Assembly (NCBI GenBank): GCA_038279365.1
Contig: JAYODI010000001.1
Location: 96,001 to 160,000, forward strand
Reading direction: 5' to 3'
Length of the DNA stretch: 64,000 nt
Source: Candidatus Latescibacterota bacterium
Lineage (GTDB): Bacteria > Latescibacterota > UBA2968
The notes beneath the pieces were generated by a model that did no database searches, was not told where the DNA came from, and saw only the letters and a program-made list of their open reading frames with translations. Below, piece after piece: positions 21,145 through 30,091 of the stretch. The position numbers and the translations under genes were made by a program. Numbering within the stretch: position 1 is the stretch's first letter; every line of letters starts with the position of its first letter.

Positions 21145-21879
21145 ATGATTAAAAATTTTAAGCAGGCGATTCGGGAAAAAGATGAATTGGTTCTTTTGAC
21201 GTGTTCTATTGATATGACACGCAGTCAGATGGAAGTGGCATTGGGCAAAGGAGATTATGACGCGTTGTATTTTGATGGCCAACATACCCCTATTTCTGAT
21301 GCCGAGATTGTTACCTTTTGTGAAAATGCCAGTGCGTTGAATATGCCTGTGCAAATGCGTTTGACGCACACGTATCATTCGTATTTGGTGGGGCGGTTTT
21401 GTGATTTTGGGCTTTCGTCGATTATGGTGCCCGAGGTGATGGAAGAGGCTACAGTGGTGGAGGCGATCGAATATTTTTATTACGGCACATTGGGGCGGCG
21501 AAGTTGGGGTGGTTCGGCGCGGGCAGGTTATGGCCAATTTGAAACGCCACCAACACGATTAGAATATGCAAAGTGGTGGAACGAACAAGCGGTGTTGGTA
21601 TTGCAATTTGAATCGGTTGAAGCAGTTGCCAATGCGCGAAAATTAGCGGATCGTCCAGGTATAGATTATGTCGCATTTGGTCCGAATGACTTGACCTTTA
21701 GTTTAGAGCGCCATTCCAATTTTCCGTTGAAGACTGCTGAAGACTGTTTTTTGAATGTGGCGGAACAATTAGACCCCGTGGGGATTAAGCGGTGTTTTGC
21801 AATTAATACCAAACCAGACGGGCGAGATAAGTTGCGCGAGTTGGGTATTTCGATTTTTTGGGAAGCGGCACAATATTAG
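21145..21879 (+). CDS. HpcH/HpaI aldolase family protein
   Basis: 'FDGQH', 'IMVPEV', 'GRRSWG', 'QFES', 'FGPNDL' motifs. Confidence 0.8.
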   Translation: MIKNFKQAIREKDELVLLTCSIDMTRSQMEVALGKGDYDALYFDGQHTPISDAEIVTFCENASALNMPVQMRLTHTYHSYLVGRFCDFGLSSIMVPEVMEEATVVEAIEYFYYGTLGRRSWGGSARAGYGQFETPPTRLEYAKWWNEQAVLVLQFESVEAVANARKLADRPGIDYVAFGPNDLTFSLERHSNFPLKTAEDCFLNVAEQLDPVGIKRCFAINTKPDGRDKLRELGISIFWEAAQY

Positions 21880-21921
21880 ATCAGCGACGTTGTGTTGATG
21901 AATCAGTGCTCATTTGATGGC

Positions 21922-21966
21922 AAAACAAAAGGGTTTGCGAGAAAATTCGCAAACCCTTGTTTTATT
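21922..21966. terminator. Bidirectional terminator between the aldolase gene and the tRNA
   Basis: AAGGGTTTGCGA / TCGCAAACCCTT stem with A- and T-rich flanks. Confidence 0.75.
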
Positions 21967-21975
21967 GGCAATAAA

Positions 21976-22052
21976 TGGTGGGCGATACTGGACTTGAACC
22001 AGCGACCCCCTGCATGTCAAGCAGGTACTCTAACCAGCTGAGCTAACCGCCC
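21976..22052 (-). tRNA. tRNA-Val (GAC)
   Basis: Reverse complement GGGCGGTTAGCTCAGCTGGTTAGAGTACCTGCTTGACATGCAGGGGGTCGCTGGTTCAAGTCCAGTATCGCCCACCA: cloverleaf, GAC anticodon, encoded CCA. Confidence 0.97.
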
Positions 22053-22070
22053 ACCCTTTAAGTGGGAAAG

Positions 22071-22099
22071 AATATACCAAAACGTTTTTAGATGGTCAA
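22071..22099 (-). promoter_or_regulatory. Sigma70 promoter of tRNA-Val
   Basis: Minus strand TTGACC, 17-bp spacer, TATATT, about 18 bp upstream of the tRNA. Confidence 0.65.
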
Positions 22100-22312
22100 G
22101 GAATAACAAACAATTGTACAAGCCCATCATTTATTATATTTTGGTTTTTGCAGAAATAATATTTTAAACTTTTGTTTTTAATTGATTTGTGTGGTTTTGG
22201 GTTTTTAAATGGTTATGTGTCTATGCTTGAATGGGATTTTTGACAAAATTTTATTTTTGTAAACCTATTTTCATAAATTATTGAAAATTTTTATTTTAAC
22301 TGTTGTTATTGA

Positions 22313-23608
22313 TTACAATAATTGCATACTTGTGTGAATGGCCTCCTGTGCGAGGGTCAATTCGGTGGATGTGTGAGTAAGCCCCACGTACCAACGCCCA
22401 TCGGGCAGCAGTTGCACGCCATTGTTTAACATATGGGCTCGGAAACGGGTGTAGGTTTCCATATCGACTTGGGCATATTCGCGATAATGTGTGGGCGGTG
22501 TTTCGGTACCAAAGTGGATGTTAAAGACGGTGCCTGCCCCTGAAGAACAAAGGGGAATGCCTTTTTGTTGGGCTTCTTCTTCAAATGTTTTGCGAATTTG
22601 CTGGCCGTACATATGCATTTGGTTGTGGTTGTCTGGGTTGTCTGCCAAAATGTCGAGTGTGGCTTTGCCGGCTGCAAGGCTCACGGTGTTGCCATTGTAG
22701 GTGCCTGCGTGAATGGTGCGTTTGTCGCGCAATACATCAAAGATTTCTTTGCGCCCAGCAACAGCAGACAGTGTGAACCCTCCCGCGAGGGCTTTGGCGT
22801 AAACGGATAAGTCGGGAATGACGCCAAAAAATTCTCGGGCACCTCCTAATGCAAGGCGAAAGCCTGTGATGACCTCGTCAAAGACCGATACAGCACCATG
22901 TTTTTTACACAAATCTACGAGCCCTTGTAAGAAGCCATCTTGAGGCTCAATGGAGCCAGAGTTGGCCAAGAGGGGTTCTGTGAAAACAGCGGCAATTTCA
23001 TGACCGTGTTTTTCAAAGGCTTGTTCGAGTAAATCGAGCCGATTCCACGGCAATACAATGGCTTCGGCGTATTCGGATGCGGGTTGGCCCCCCATGGCGG
23101 GCACCACATTGGGAGATTCGAGGTTGCCAGCGTCTTCGTCTGAGGCGTGATAGCTGAGCAAGATGTTGTTGGCCCAACCGTGATAATGGCCTTCAAATTT
23201 GACAAAGCGTGTGCGCCCAGTGTGGGCACGCGCAAGGCGAAGCGCTGTTTGAATGGCTTCGGTGCCTGTGTTGGAGAAAATGACCTGTTCCACACCCGGT
23301 ACCACTTCTGTCATTCTTTTGGCCAAGGCAATTTCGCCTGGGTGTTGTGCCCCAAGGGTGTAAGACTTTTGTAAGGCCTCGATGACGGCTTGATTGAGTT
23401 GGGGGTGGTTTGAGCCGAGAATAAGGGGGCCCCAAGCGAGTGTTTGGTCGAGGAGTTTGTTGCCATCTACATCATAATAATAGGGGCCGTCGGCGCGCTC
23501 AAAAAAAAGGGGTGGAGCAGTAACATAAGTGCGCATGCCCGAGGAGACACCCATGGCAAGATATTGTGAACTTTCGGCGTGGTGTGCGGCAGACTGGGAT
23601 GTGTTCAT
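22313..23608 (-). CDS. Class III PLP aminotransferase (glutamate-1-semialdehyde aminomutase-like)
   Basis: 'KFEGHYHG', 'FDEVITGFR', 'YAKALAGG', 'HAGTYNGN'. Confidence 0.88.
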   Translation of the reverse strand: MNTSQSAAHHAESSQYLAMGVSSGMRTYVTAPPLFFERADGPYYYDVDGNKLLDQTLAWGPLILGSNHPQLNQAVIEALQKSYTLGAQHPGEIALAKRMTEVVPGVEQVIFSNTGTEAIQTALRLARAHTGRTRFVKFEGHYHGWANNILLSYHASDEDAGNLESPNVVPAMGGQPASEYAEAIVLPWNRLDLLEQAFEKHGHEIAAVFTEPLLANSGSIEPQDGFLQGLVDLCKKHGAVSVFDEVITGFRLALGGAREFFGVIPDLSVYAKALAGGFTLSAVAGRKEIFDVLRDKRTIHAGTYNGNTVSLAAGKATLDILADNPDNHNQMHMYGQQIRKTFEEEAQQKGIPLCSSGAGTVFNIHFGTETPPTHYREYAQVDMETYTRFRAHMLNNGVQLLPDGRWYVGLTHTSTELTLAQEAIHTSMQLL

Positions 23609-23656
23609 GAATTCTCCAGAAATCAGGGATTAAGAAATAACGAGACAATGAAACTG

Positions 23657-23712
23657 CGAATCAACGAATAGACGAATAGACGATTCAAAACCTATTTGTC
23701 TATTCTGCCTAT
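23657..23712. repeat. Short octamer tandem repeat (CGAATCAA/CGAATAGA) with degenerate inverted copy
   Basis: cgaatcaa-cgaataga-cgaataga-cgattcaa then ctatttgt-ctattctg; same unit family as 41219-41430. Confidence 0.6.
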
Positions 23713-23760
23713 CCAACATAACCATTTTCTGTGAACCATTCAACTTTTCGACGTAAATCG

Positions 23761-26364
23761 TTACGCATTTGTATACCGTGGTTTTACAGGGCAGGTGGGA
23801 CATACATTTTTTAAATGGCGTCGTCGGGCGTGCCACAAATCAATGGCTTTGACAAGGGTTGTGTCGGCATTGCCAACTTTGCCGTGTGTTTGGCGGTTTT
23901 TAAGTGCGCTGTTGAGTTTGCGTGGGGAAACAGGGCATGGGCCGCTGCGAAAAGCGAGGCCTGGCACTTCGCGCACGGTGCCGTTGATGACCACGCGGTC
24001 GGTGTGACCAAATGGGTCAATGCATCCACAAGGCACTGAGACTTCTGCGGCGTGATAGGCTGTGCTGCTGTTGTGATCAACGCCGAGTGAGAGAATGTAG
24101 CCGCCATTGTGGATGAGGCGAGAAATGGGGCTGTCGGCGGTCCACACACCCGTGGTGAGGTGATCGGCACAAATGTATTCGGCTTTGGGGCCAAAGGCCG
24201 CCACGGCATGGGTGGGGTGCAAACTGCGGATCACACCGGGGCGTTGCCAAAAGGCGTTGGGGATGGCCCCGTTTGTTGAGGGTGTGATGAGTGGGTTATA
24301 GACGTGTGCGCCTCGGTGGTTAAAGGAGGGCATAACGAGTGTGCCGTGTTTGCCAATCACACTTAAAAGGGCATCAATAACCGTGTTTGCGCCACCAATG
24401 ACCTGCCCTACTTTGGAGAGGGAGCTGTGAACCATCACGTCCATGCCTGTTTGTAGGCCGAGGTTTTTAAAGTCGCTAATGAGTTGTGTTTTGCTGATGC
24501 GTTGATCAGATTCAACGAGTTCTACATAGTCAAGTTCGGCATGGGCTTCGAAAAATTGTATCACATTTTCGAGGTCTATTTTTTTGCTGTGTTCGGCAGA
24601 GAGCAGCGCTGTGATTTCTGCGAGTGTTCGGTTGCCATCTGCCCAAAAGAGTGCCCACGCGGGCAAGCCCGATTTGCGAATGCGTTCTGCTATGGGTGTG
24701 GGGGTGTTTTCTGGGGTGGGCGATAAAAAGGCGGTGCGTTTGGGCACGCGTTTGGCATTTTGAGGGATACGTGATTGGGTTTTGGGTTTGGGGCCTGTTT
24801 TTTTGACTTGTTGTTCTAAGTGTGCAAAGTGATTGAGCATGTCCTCTTTGTCACTGTTCCAAAACCAGCGTTTGAGTTGGTTGAGGGATGTTTGGTGTTG
24901 TTCGCGCAGATAGGATGCAATTTCTATGGACTGTGTTTTGCGAAGGTGCTCGCAGGTGTGTTCGGTTTCGGTTTGGGCGATGTCGTGCACATCTTTGTCG
25001 GTGGCGTTTGCCAAATAGTAGAGGTAAGCGGCCATGCTCGCCGCACATGCTTTGAGGCCCGATGTGCTTAGAAGGGTGTGTATGTCGTTTGAGGAATGGT
25101 AGGCACTCCAGTTTTTACCTTCTTCGCGGTAGTGTGTCGTGATCCACGGACAGGGGAAGCCATATTTGGGGTCGCCTGCAAGGGTGTCGGATGTAGAGAC
25201 AAAGCCGCCTTCCGTGAGCGTGTAACCCGAATCACTTTTTTTGAGGGTGGCCTGAATGATGTGTGCGCCAACGCGGTCGACAAATGTGGCCGACATGGGG
25301 ATGGTAGATCGCCAAGAGAGTTGGCTGGCACAAATATTTGGGCGTGCGCCCACAGTGTCGATACACACACCCGCAATGGGTGTTTGTAGCCTGCGTGTGT
25401 GTTCCATGTAGTTGAAAAAGCTGTAACACTCATAACCGCTTAAGAGGCGAATAGTACGTTTGGGGCGGGGGAGTTTTCCTGAGGCGATGAGGCTTTCAAG
25501 TGTGCGGGCAATTTCAAGGCAAACGGCCACACCCGAGGCATTGTCAATGGCACCGGGTTCGGCACTGTGTGCGAGGGCCCACACTTCATCTTGTGGGTTG
25601 TCTTGGCCCATAATGAGACCGCTTACGAGGTCGTGTGAACCGACGTAGTCGTGTATGTCTACTTTAACGTGAACGGTGAGGGTGCCGTGCTTTTGGATGT
25701 GTTTGCGAAGTTTTTTGCCATCGTTTTGTGAGAGCACAAGACCCACAAGGTGAAGGTTGCCGTAAGCACTGTTGATAGACCCCCAGCCAAATTTGACCCA
25801 CGGGGTTGCGTTGGGGAGTTCGGCTTGTGGGCAATCGGTGACAACACCTACTGCGCCTTTGTCGGCTATGGTTTTGAAGATGCTGCGGGCGTTGAGGTGG
25901 GTGAGAACGAGTTTGTTGCGCAAAGCGGTTGGACGGAGGGCTTCAAGTTGTTTTTGATCGTCAATGACCACGAGTTCACAGTCTATGCCTTGAGGCGGAG
26001 TGGCTGCGCTCCATTGAATGACGTGCCACGGATTGTCTTTGTAGTTGAGCACACGTTGGGTAATGGGAGAGATGATGTCGAGTGTGGCCGAGCGAATGTC
26101 ACTGGCTTTGGGAATGATCCATCGCCCCGAACCAATTTTCCCACCTGTAGGGATTTTGTAGACTTCGGCTTTTGCGCCCGAGGCTTCGTAAGATTTGACG
26201 AGGGTTTCTGTGGTGTGGTGAAAGCGGTCAAACGAGTTCCAGCGATCCGTTTCAACAATGCGTTTGACATCGTTGAGAATGCGACGGCCTTGTGTGGCAT
26301 TGTTGATGAGAGGCAAGGTTTTGCGATTAAAAGCGGCGAGGCTACGGGGTGTGCGAGCTGGCAT
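23761..26364 (-). CDS. Fusion protein: DUF4910/M28 aminopeptidase-like + winged helix + AAC(3)-family N-acetyltransferase
   Basis: 'WALAH..EPGAIDNASG', 'AYHSSND', 'WADGNRTLAEI'; C-terminal 'VMVHSSLS', 'TLVMPSF', 'RSLHPTH', 'LGVDHNSSTAYH'; AGGAG RBS before MPART. Confidence 0.8.
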   Translation of the reverse strand: MPARTPRSLAAFNRKTLPLINNATQGRRILNDVKRIVETDRWNSFDRFHHTTETLVKSYEASGAKAEVYKIPTGGKIGSGRWIIPKASDIRSATLDIISPITQRVLNYKDNPWHVIQWSAATPPQGIDCELVVIDDQKQLEALRPTALRNKLVLTHLNARSIFKTIADKGAVGVVTDCPQAELPNATPWVKFGWGSINSAYGNLHLVGLVLSQNDGKKLRKHIQKHGTLTVHVKVDIHDYVGSHDLVSGLIMGQDNPQDEVWALAHSAEPGAIDNASGVAVCLEIARTLESLIASGKLPRPKRTIRLLSGYECYSFFNYMEHTRRLQTPIAGVCIDTVGARPNICASQLSWRSTIPMSATFVDRVGAHIIQATLKKSDSGYTLTEGGFVSTSDTLAGDPKYGFPCPWITTHYREEGKNWSAYHSSNDIHTLLSTSGLKACAASMAAYLYYLANATDKDVHDIAQTETEHTCEHLRKTQSIEIASYLREQHQTSLNQLKRWFWNSDKEDMLNHFAHLEQQVKKTGPKPKTQSRIPQNAKRVPKRTAFLSPTPENTPTPIAERIRKSGLPAWALFWADGNRTLAEITALLSAEHSKKIDLENVIQFFEAHAELDYVELVESDQRISKTQLISDFKNLGLQTGMDVMVHSSLSKVGQVIGGANTVIDALLSVIGKHGTLVMPSFNHRGAHVYNPLITPSTNGAIPNAFWQRPGVIRSLHPTHAVAAFGPKAEYICADHLTTGVWTADSPISRLIHNGGYILSLGVDHNSSTAYHAAEVSVPCGCIDPFGHTDRVVINGTVREVPGLAFRSGPCPVSPRKLNSALKNRQTHGKVGNADTTLVKAIDLWHARRRHLKNVCPTCPVKPRYTNA

Positions 26365-26548
26365 GGGCAAACTCCTGTAGGTACAAGGCAATAAAAAGAA
26401 GTGATCGTCCATTTATTACAACGAGTTTTGCCAATTTGCAACATCAATTTATTCCGGCGCGTTTGCTCGAGCGATTACTGAAGTCATTTTTCAATCTCTT
26501 TTGGTCACTTCCTTATTGTGACGCAACATCGCTGATGAAAGTTTTGGG

Positions 26549-26575
26549 TAAAGTTTTTTTGGTATTGGTCGATAT
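26549..26575 (+). promoter_or_regulatory. Sigma28 (FliA)-type promoter
   Basis: TAAAGTTT-N11-GTCGATAT versus consensus TAAAGTTT-N11-GCCGATAA. Confidence 0.6.
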
Positions 26576-26662
26576 AAGTAACAAGTGATACAAAGATGTT
26601 GCGTGAAAGGTGTTGTGAAGTAATTAAGTTTTTTATTTACAGTTTCTTAAAGGTGGCTCAAA

Positions 26663-26848
26663 ATGACATACATTTACTTACTTGTCGTTCTTCATTTGGT
26701 TTTAGGCGTAGCGTGTGCCTGTATTGCCAATGAAACCCGCCACAATGTAAAGTCTTGGTATATCGCAGGTACGTTGTTGGGCGGTTTGGCACTGATCGCA
26801 TTGGTGGGCATCAATTTTCACAAGCAGATGCCCGCTGTGAGGTCCTAA
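26663..26848 (+). CDS. Small two-TM hypothetical membrane protein
   Basis: 61 aa, two hydrophobic segments, AAGGTGG RBS, abuts the next gene. Confidence 0.65.
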   Translation: MTYIYLLVVLHLVLGVACACIANETRHNVKSWYIAGTLLGGLALIALVGINFHKQMPAVRS

Positions 26849-27220
26849 ATGATTGCAGGTGTTGGACATACACAAGCCAATTTGCTCAATCAAGCATTGG
26901 AACGCGCAAAAAGTGCGACAGAAGATATCACCACACTGTCACAAAAAAATGATGATGCTTCTGTGATGGGATTTTTAGATGACGTGCTCGATTTAAGTGA
27001 TGGCAAGTCGTTGATGGGTGCATTGGGTGATTTGTCGCCCAATGAAGCCGATGGCGCACTCAAAGCTTTGGGGAAGTTGTTGCAGGCAGGCGTGGTTGGG
27101 TATGAATATCGCAAAGTGAATGGCGAAGTGCGCAAGGTGTTTATAGATGTGGCCATCGGCAGTGATTTGCATCGTGCCCCACTGGCGCGTGATGATGAAA
27201 AGTTTGACCGATTTGCATAG
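26849..27220 (+). CDS. Hypothetical protein
   Basis: 123-aa ORF coupled to the upstream gene (TAA-ATG) and followed by a terminator-like palindrome. Confidence 0.7.
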   Translation: MIAGVGHTQANLLNQALERAKSATEDITTLSQKNDDASVMGFLDDVLDLSDGKSLMGALGDLSPNEADGALKALGKLLQAGVVGYEYRKVNGEVRKVFIDVAIGSDLHRAPLARDDEKFDRFA

Positions 27221-27245
27221 TTCACAACACGGGGTGTGAGTGAAA

Positions 27246-27276
27246 GCCGTTGGATCTTTTGATCCAACGGCTTTTT
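27246..27276. repeat. 31-bp palindromic repeat/terminator, left copy
   Basis: GCCGTTGGATC-TTTT-GATCCAACGGC-TTTTT, identical to 38776-38806. Confidence 0.9.
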
Positions 27277-27459
27277 GTTTTGATACGTGGCTCAAATATG
27301 GGCATGTTTGAGCCACGTGGGGACAGCGATATCCGTCTGTGAAATTTTTTTGTCATTTGTTTTATGATGACTTTTAGCTATTATAGGCTTCTGGATATTG
27401 CCACACGCTTATTGCAGGATTGCCTAAAATTTCACCCCAAAATGTGAGGGTAGATACCT

Positions 27460-28347
27460 ATGAAAGAAGACACTCCCAGTTCTACGGCGTTTACCGTTTT
27501 GCAGGGGCTTATGTATATTGCAGGACACCCTCGTTATTCATATCTGGTGAATGATGAAATTGCAAAAACGGGAAAACAAATTCTTTCTGCGTCTGATAAA
27601 GGGCTGAAGTTGCTCAAGCAACTTAAAAGCCCATTTTTTAAAGTACTTTTCCGTTTGGGTGAAAAGGCCTTGATGCCAGGCATTACCCTACATTATGCAT
27701 TGCGTAAAAGTTACATTGAAGACATCACACGTCAAGCAATTGCCGATGGTAAAACACAAGTGATCAGTTTGGGTGCTGGGTTTGATACCTTAGAATGGCG
27801 TTTGCACACCGAGTTTCCAGATGTAAACTTTATCGAGATTGACCACCCTGCCACCAGCGCGTTTAAAGCCAAAGCACTCTTTGGCGAAAATTCTTCGCCA
27901 TCCAATCTACATTTGTTGGCGGTTGATTTTAGCAAGCAGAGTTTGTTGGAGGCGTTGGGGCCTTTTGCTGGGTTTGATGCCACACGGCCGACCCACTTTA
28001 TTTGTGAAGGGGTGTTGCCCTATTTGTTGGAAAAAGATGTGGTCATTCTTCTGAATTCTTTAAATGAGCTTACGGGCAAAGGGACGCGTTTTGTGTTTAG
28101 CAGTGTCGCACCAATGGACAGCCCCAATAACAATACGGGACCGTTGTTAAATTTGTATCTGTTTTTTATTAAAGAATCACTCAACTGGACCATTGAAAGT
28201 GTAGATATCCCAGCCTTTTTGGAGAAAAATGGTTTTAAGTTTATAGAATCGGCGTCTGTAGAAACTTTTAGAGACCGATATTTGGCAAAAGATCACGAAG
28301 GTGAGCTCCATCGCGGGGAATATCTGATTTTGTCAGAAATTCCTTAA
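27460..28347 (+). CDS. Class I SAM-dependent methyltransferase (LCM / COG3315 type)
   Basis: 'PSSTA', 'LGAGFDT', 'EIDHPAT', 'CEGVLPYL'. Confidence 0.88.
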   Translation: MKEDTPSSTAFTVLQGLMYIAGHPRYSYLVNDEIAKTGKQILSASDKGLKLLKQLKSPFFKVLFRLGEKALMPGITLHYALRKSYIEDITRQAIADGKTQVISLGAGFDTLEWRLHTEFPDVNFIEIDHPATSAFKAKALFGENSSPSNLHLLAVDFSKQSLLEALGPFAGFDATRPTHFICEGVLPYLLEKDVVILLNSLNELTGKGTRFVFSSVAPMDSPNNNTGPLLNLYLFFIKESLNWTIESVDIPAFLEKNGFKFIESASVETFRDRYLAKDHEGELHRGEYLILSEIP

Positions 28348-28373
28348 GCTTGATACAAGGTATGGTGATAAAA

Positions 28374-30080
28374 ATGGCAGATCGCAAGACGTTTAAAGTG
28401 ATTTTGATTAAACCCTCTCAGTATGATACCGATGGGTATGTCGTACAATGGTTTCGTTCAATTACGCCCTCAAATGCTTTGGCCTGTGTGTGTGGCATCG
28501 TACAAGATGCTGCACTGCGCCATGCATTGGGTGACGACATTGAGATCGTTGTGACGGCATATGATGAATACAATACCCGCATTCCTATTAAGGCGATCAA
28601 ACGCGATTTGAAGAATCCATCTGATGGGGTTGTGATGTTGGTGGGGGTTCACACACACCAATATCCACGTGCCATGGATTTGGCGCGTCCTTTACGCGAA
28701 GCGGGGGTGCAGGTGATGATGGGTGGGTTTCATGTTTCGGGGTGCCTTGCCATGGTGCCCGATTGGGAGCCTGCACTTGCATTGGCCAAAGAGTTGGGTG
28801 TGTCTCTGTTTGCGGGTGAGCTAGAAGACCATGTCGATGCGGTGTTAAAAGATGCACAAGAAGGATGCCTTAAACCCTTGTATAATGTGATGGATCAATT
28901 GCCCACATTAGATGTTGCTCCTACACCATGGTTGCCAAAAGAAGCTTTAAAAAAAGCTTGGAATTGGACGAGTATCGACTTGGGCAGAGGGTGCCCTTTT
29001 TTGTGTAGTTTTTGTACCATTATCAATGTGCAAGGGCGTTTGTCGCGTAGTCGATCTGTTGAGAGCGTGGTTGAGTATTTTCGTGTGCAGGCAAAGCGTG
29101 GTGTGACGCGTTATTTATTTACTGATGACAATTTTGCAAGAAATAAAAATTGGGAAGTGTTGTTGGATGGCATTATAAAATTGCGGGAAGAAGAAGGAAT
29201 CATCATTGATTATTTTATGCAAGTAGATACCAAAGCAACCCGCATTCCGCGTTTTGTTGAAAAGGCAAAGCTTTCGGGGTGTTCAATCGTTTTTTTGGGT
29301 ATCGAATCGGTTCGCCAAGAAAGTGTAAAGGCAGCAGGCAAAACACAAAATAAAGTGGCCGAGTTGCGGGATATGGTGATGACTTGGAAGCGGGCAGGTA
29401 TTTTGACACAGGGCGCTTTTATTATTGGGTTTCCAACAGACACGCCTGAAAGTATTGCAGAAGATTTAGAATTTATTAAAACCAATATCCCTATAGATGT
29501 CTATGAATCGACGATGCTGATGCCGTTGCCAGGATCTGCAGATCACAGGCAACTGCTTGGTGACGGTGTGGCAATGGATTTGGACTTTAATAGATATGAT
29601 GGTACGATGACGGCTATGGAACATCCCAATATGTCACGCGAGCAGTGGGCAGCACTTTATTGGAAGATGTATCATGTGTTTTATTCTTGGTCTCATATTG
29701 AGACCATTTTTAAGCGTGCTTTGGCCTGTGGTTTGTCTCCTTCAAGGGTGTTTGGGAGTGTTTTTGGTTATTATGGTCCCATAAAAATAGAAAATCTGCA
29801 TCCGTTGGTATGTGGCACGATGCGACGAAAGTTTCGTCACGCAAGGCGTTATGGTTTGCCACTTGAGTCGCCTTGGATATTTTATCCCAAGCGTTTATTG
29901 GAAGTGGTGAGAACCCAAGTGCGTAGAATGGTTTTTATTTCCAAATTAGCAGTCGTCATGGTGTGGGCTTGGCAAAAAGTGCGTAAAAATGGTTATACCG
30001 ATACTGCAATTGAGCAAAGAGAAAATGATCAAGTCACTCCAGAGATGTCAACCAAACTTAGTCAGGTGGCGTTGGGTTAA
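28374..30080 (+). CDS. Cobalamin-binding radical SAM enzyme
   Basis: N-terminal B12-binding region ('MGGFHVSG'), CxxxCxxC 'GRGCPFLCSFC', 'TDDNF', 'GIES', 'FIIGFP.D', 'PLPGS'. Confidence 0.9.
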   Translation: MADRKTFKVILIKPSQYDTDGYVVQWFRSITPSNALACVCGIVQDAALRHALGDDIEIVVTAYDEYNTRIPIKAIKRDLKNPSDGVVMLVGVHTHQYPRAMDLARPLREAGVQVMMGGFHVSGCLAMVPDWEPALALAKELGVSLFAGELEDHVDAVLKDAQEGCLKPLYNVMDQLPTLDVAPTPWLPKEALKKAWNWTSIDLGRGCPFLCSFCTIINVQGRLSRSRSVESVVEYFRVQAKRGVTRYLFTDDNFARNKNWEVLLDGIIKLREEEGIIIDYFMQVDTKATRIPRFVEKAKLSGCSIVFLGIESVRQESVKAAGKTQNKVAELRDMVMTWKRAGILTQGAFIIGFPTDTPESIAEDLEFIKTNIPIDVYESTMLMPLPGSADHRQLLGDGVAMDLDFNRYDGTMTAMEHPNMSREQWAALYWKMYHVFYSWSHIETIFKRALACGLSPSRVFGSVFGYYGPIKIENLHPLVCGTMRRKFRHARRYGLPLESPWIFYPKRLLEVVRTQVRRMVFISKLAVVMVWAWQKVRKNGYTDTAIEQRENDQVTPEMSTKLSQVALG

Positions 30081-30091
30081 TGTGTGGATGA

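Noticed and set aside
21976-22052. tRNA-Val as an integration site for an island
   Set aside because: No integrase nearby and I saw no duplicate of the tRNA 3' end in the window
22313-23608. Assigning hemL
   Set aside because: Class III motifs are present, but the typical HemL N-terminal 'PGGVNSPVR' is replaced by 'AMGVSSGMR' and no tetrapyrrole genes are adjacent
23761-24500. Aminoglycoside resistance gene aac(3)
   Set aside because: The domain is fused to a peptidase-like protein in a non-mobile context, and the family contains many non-resistance members
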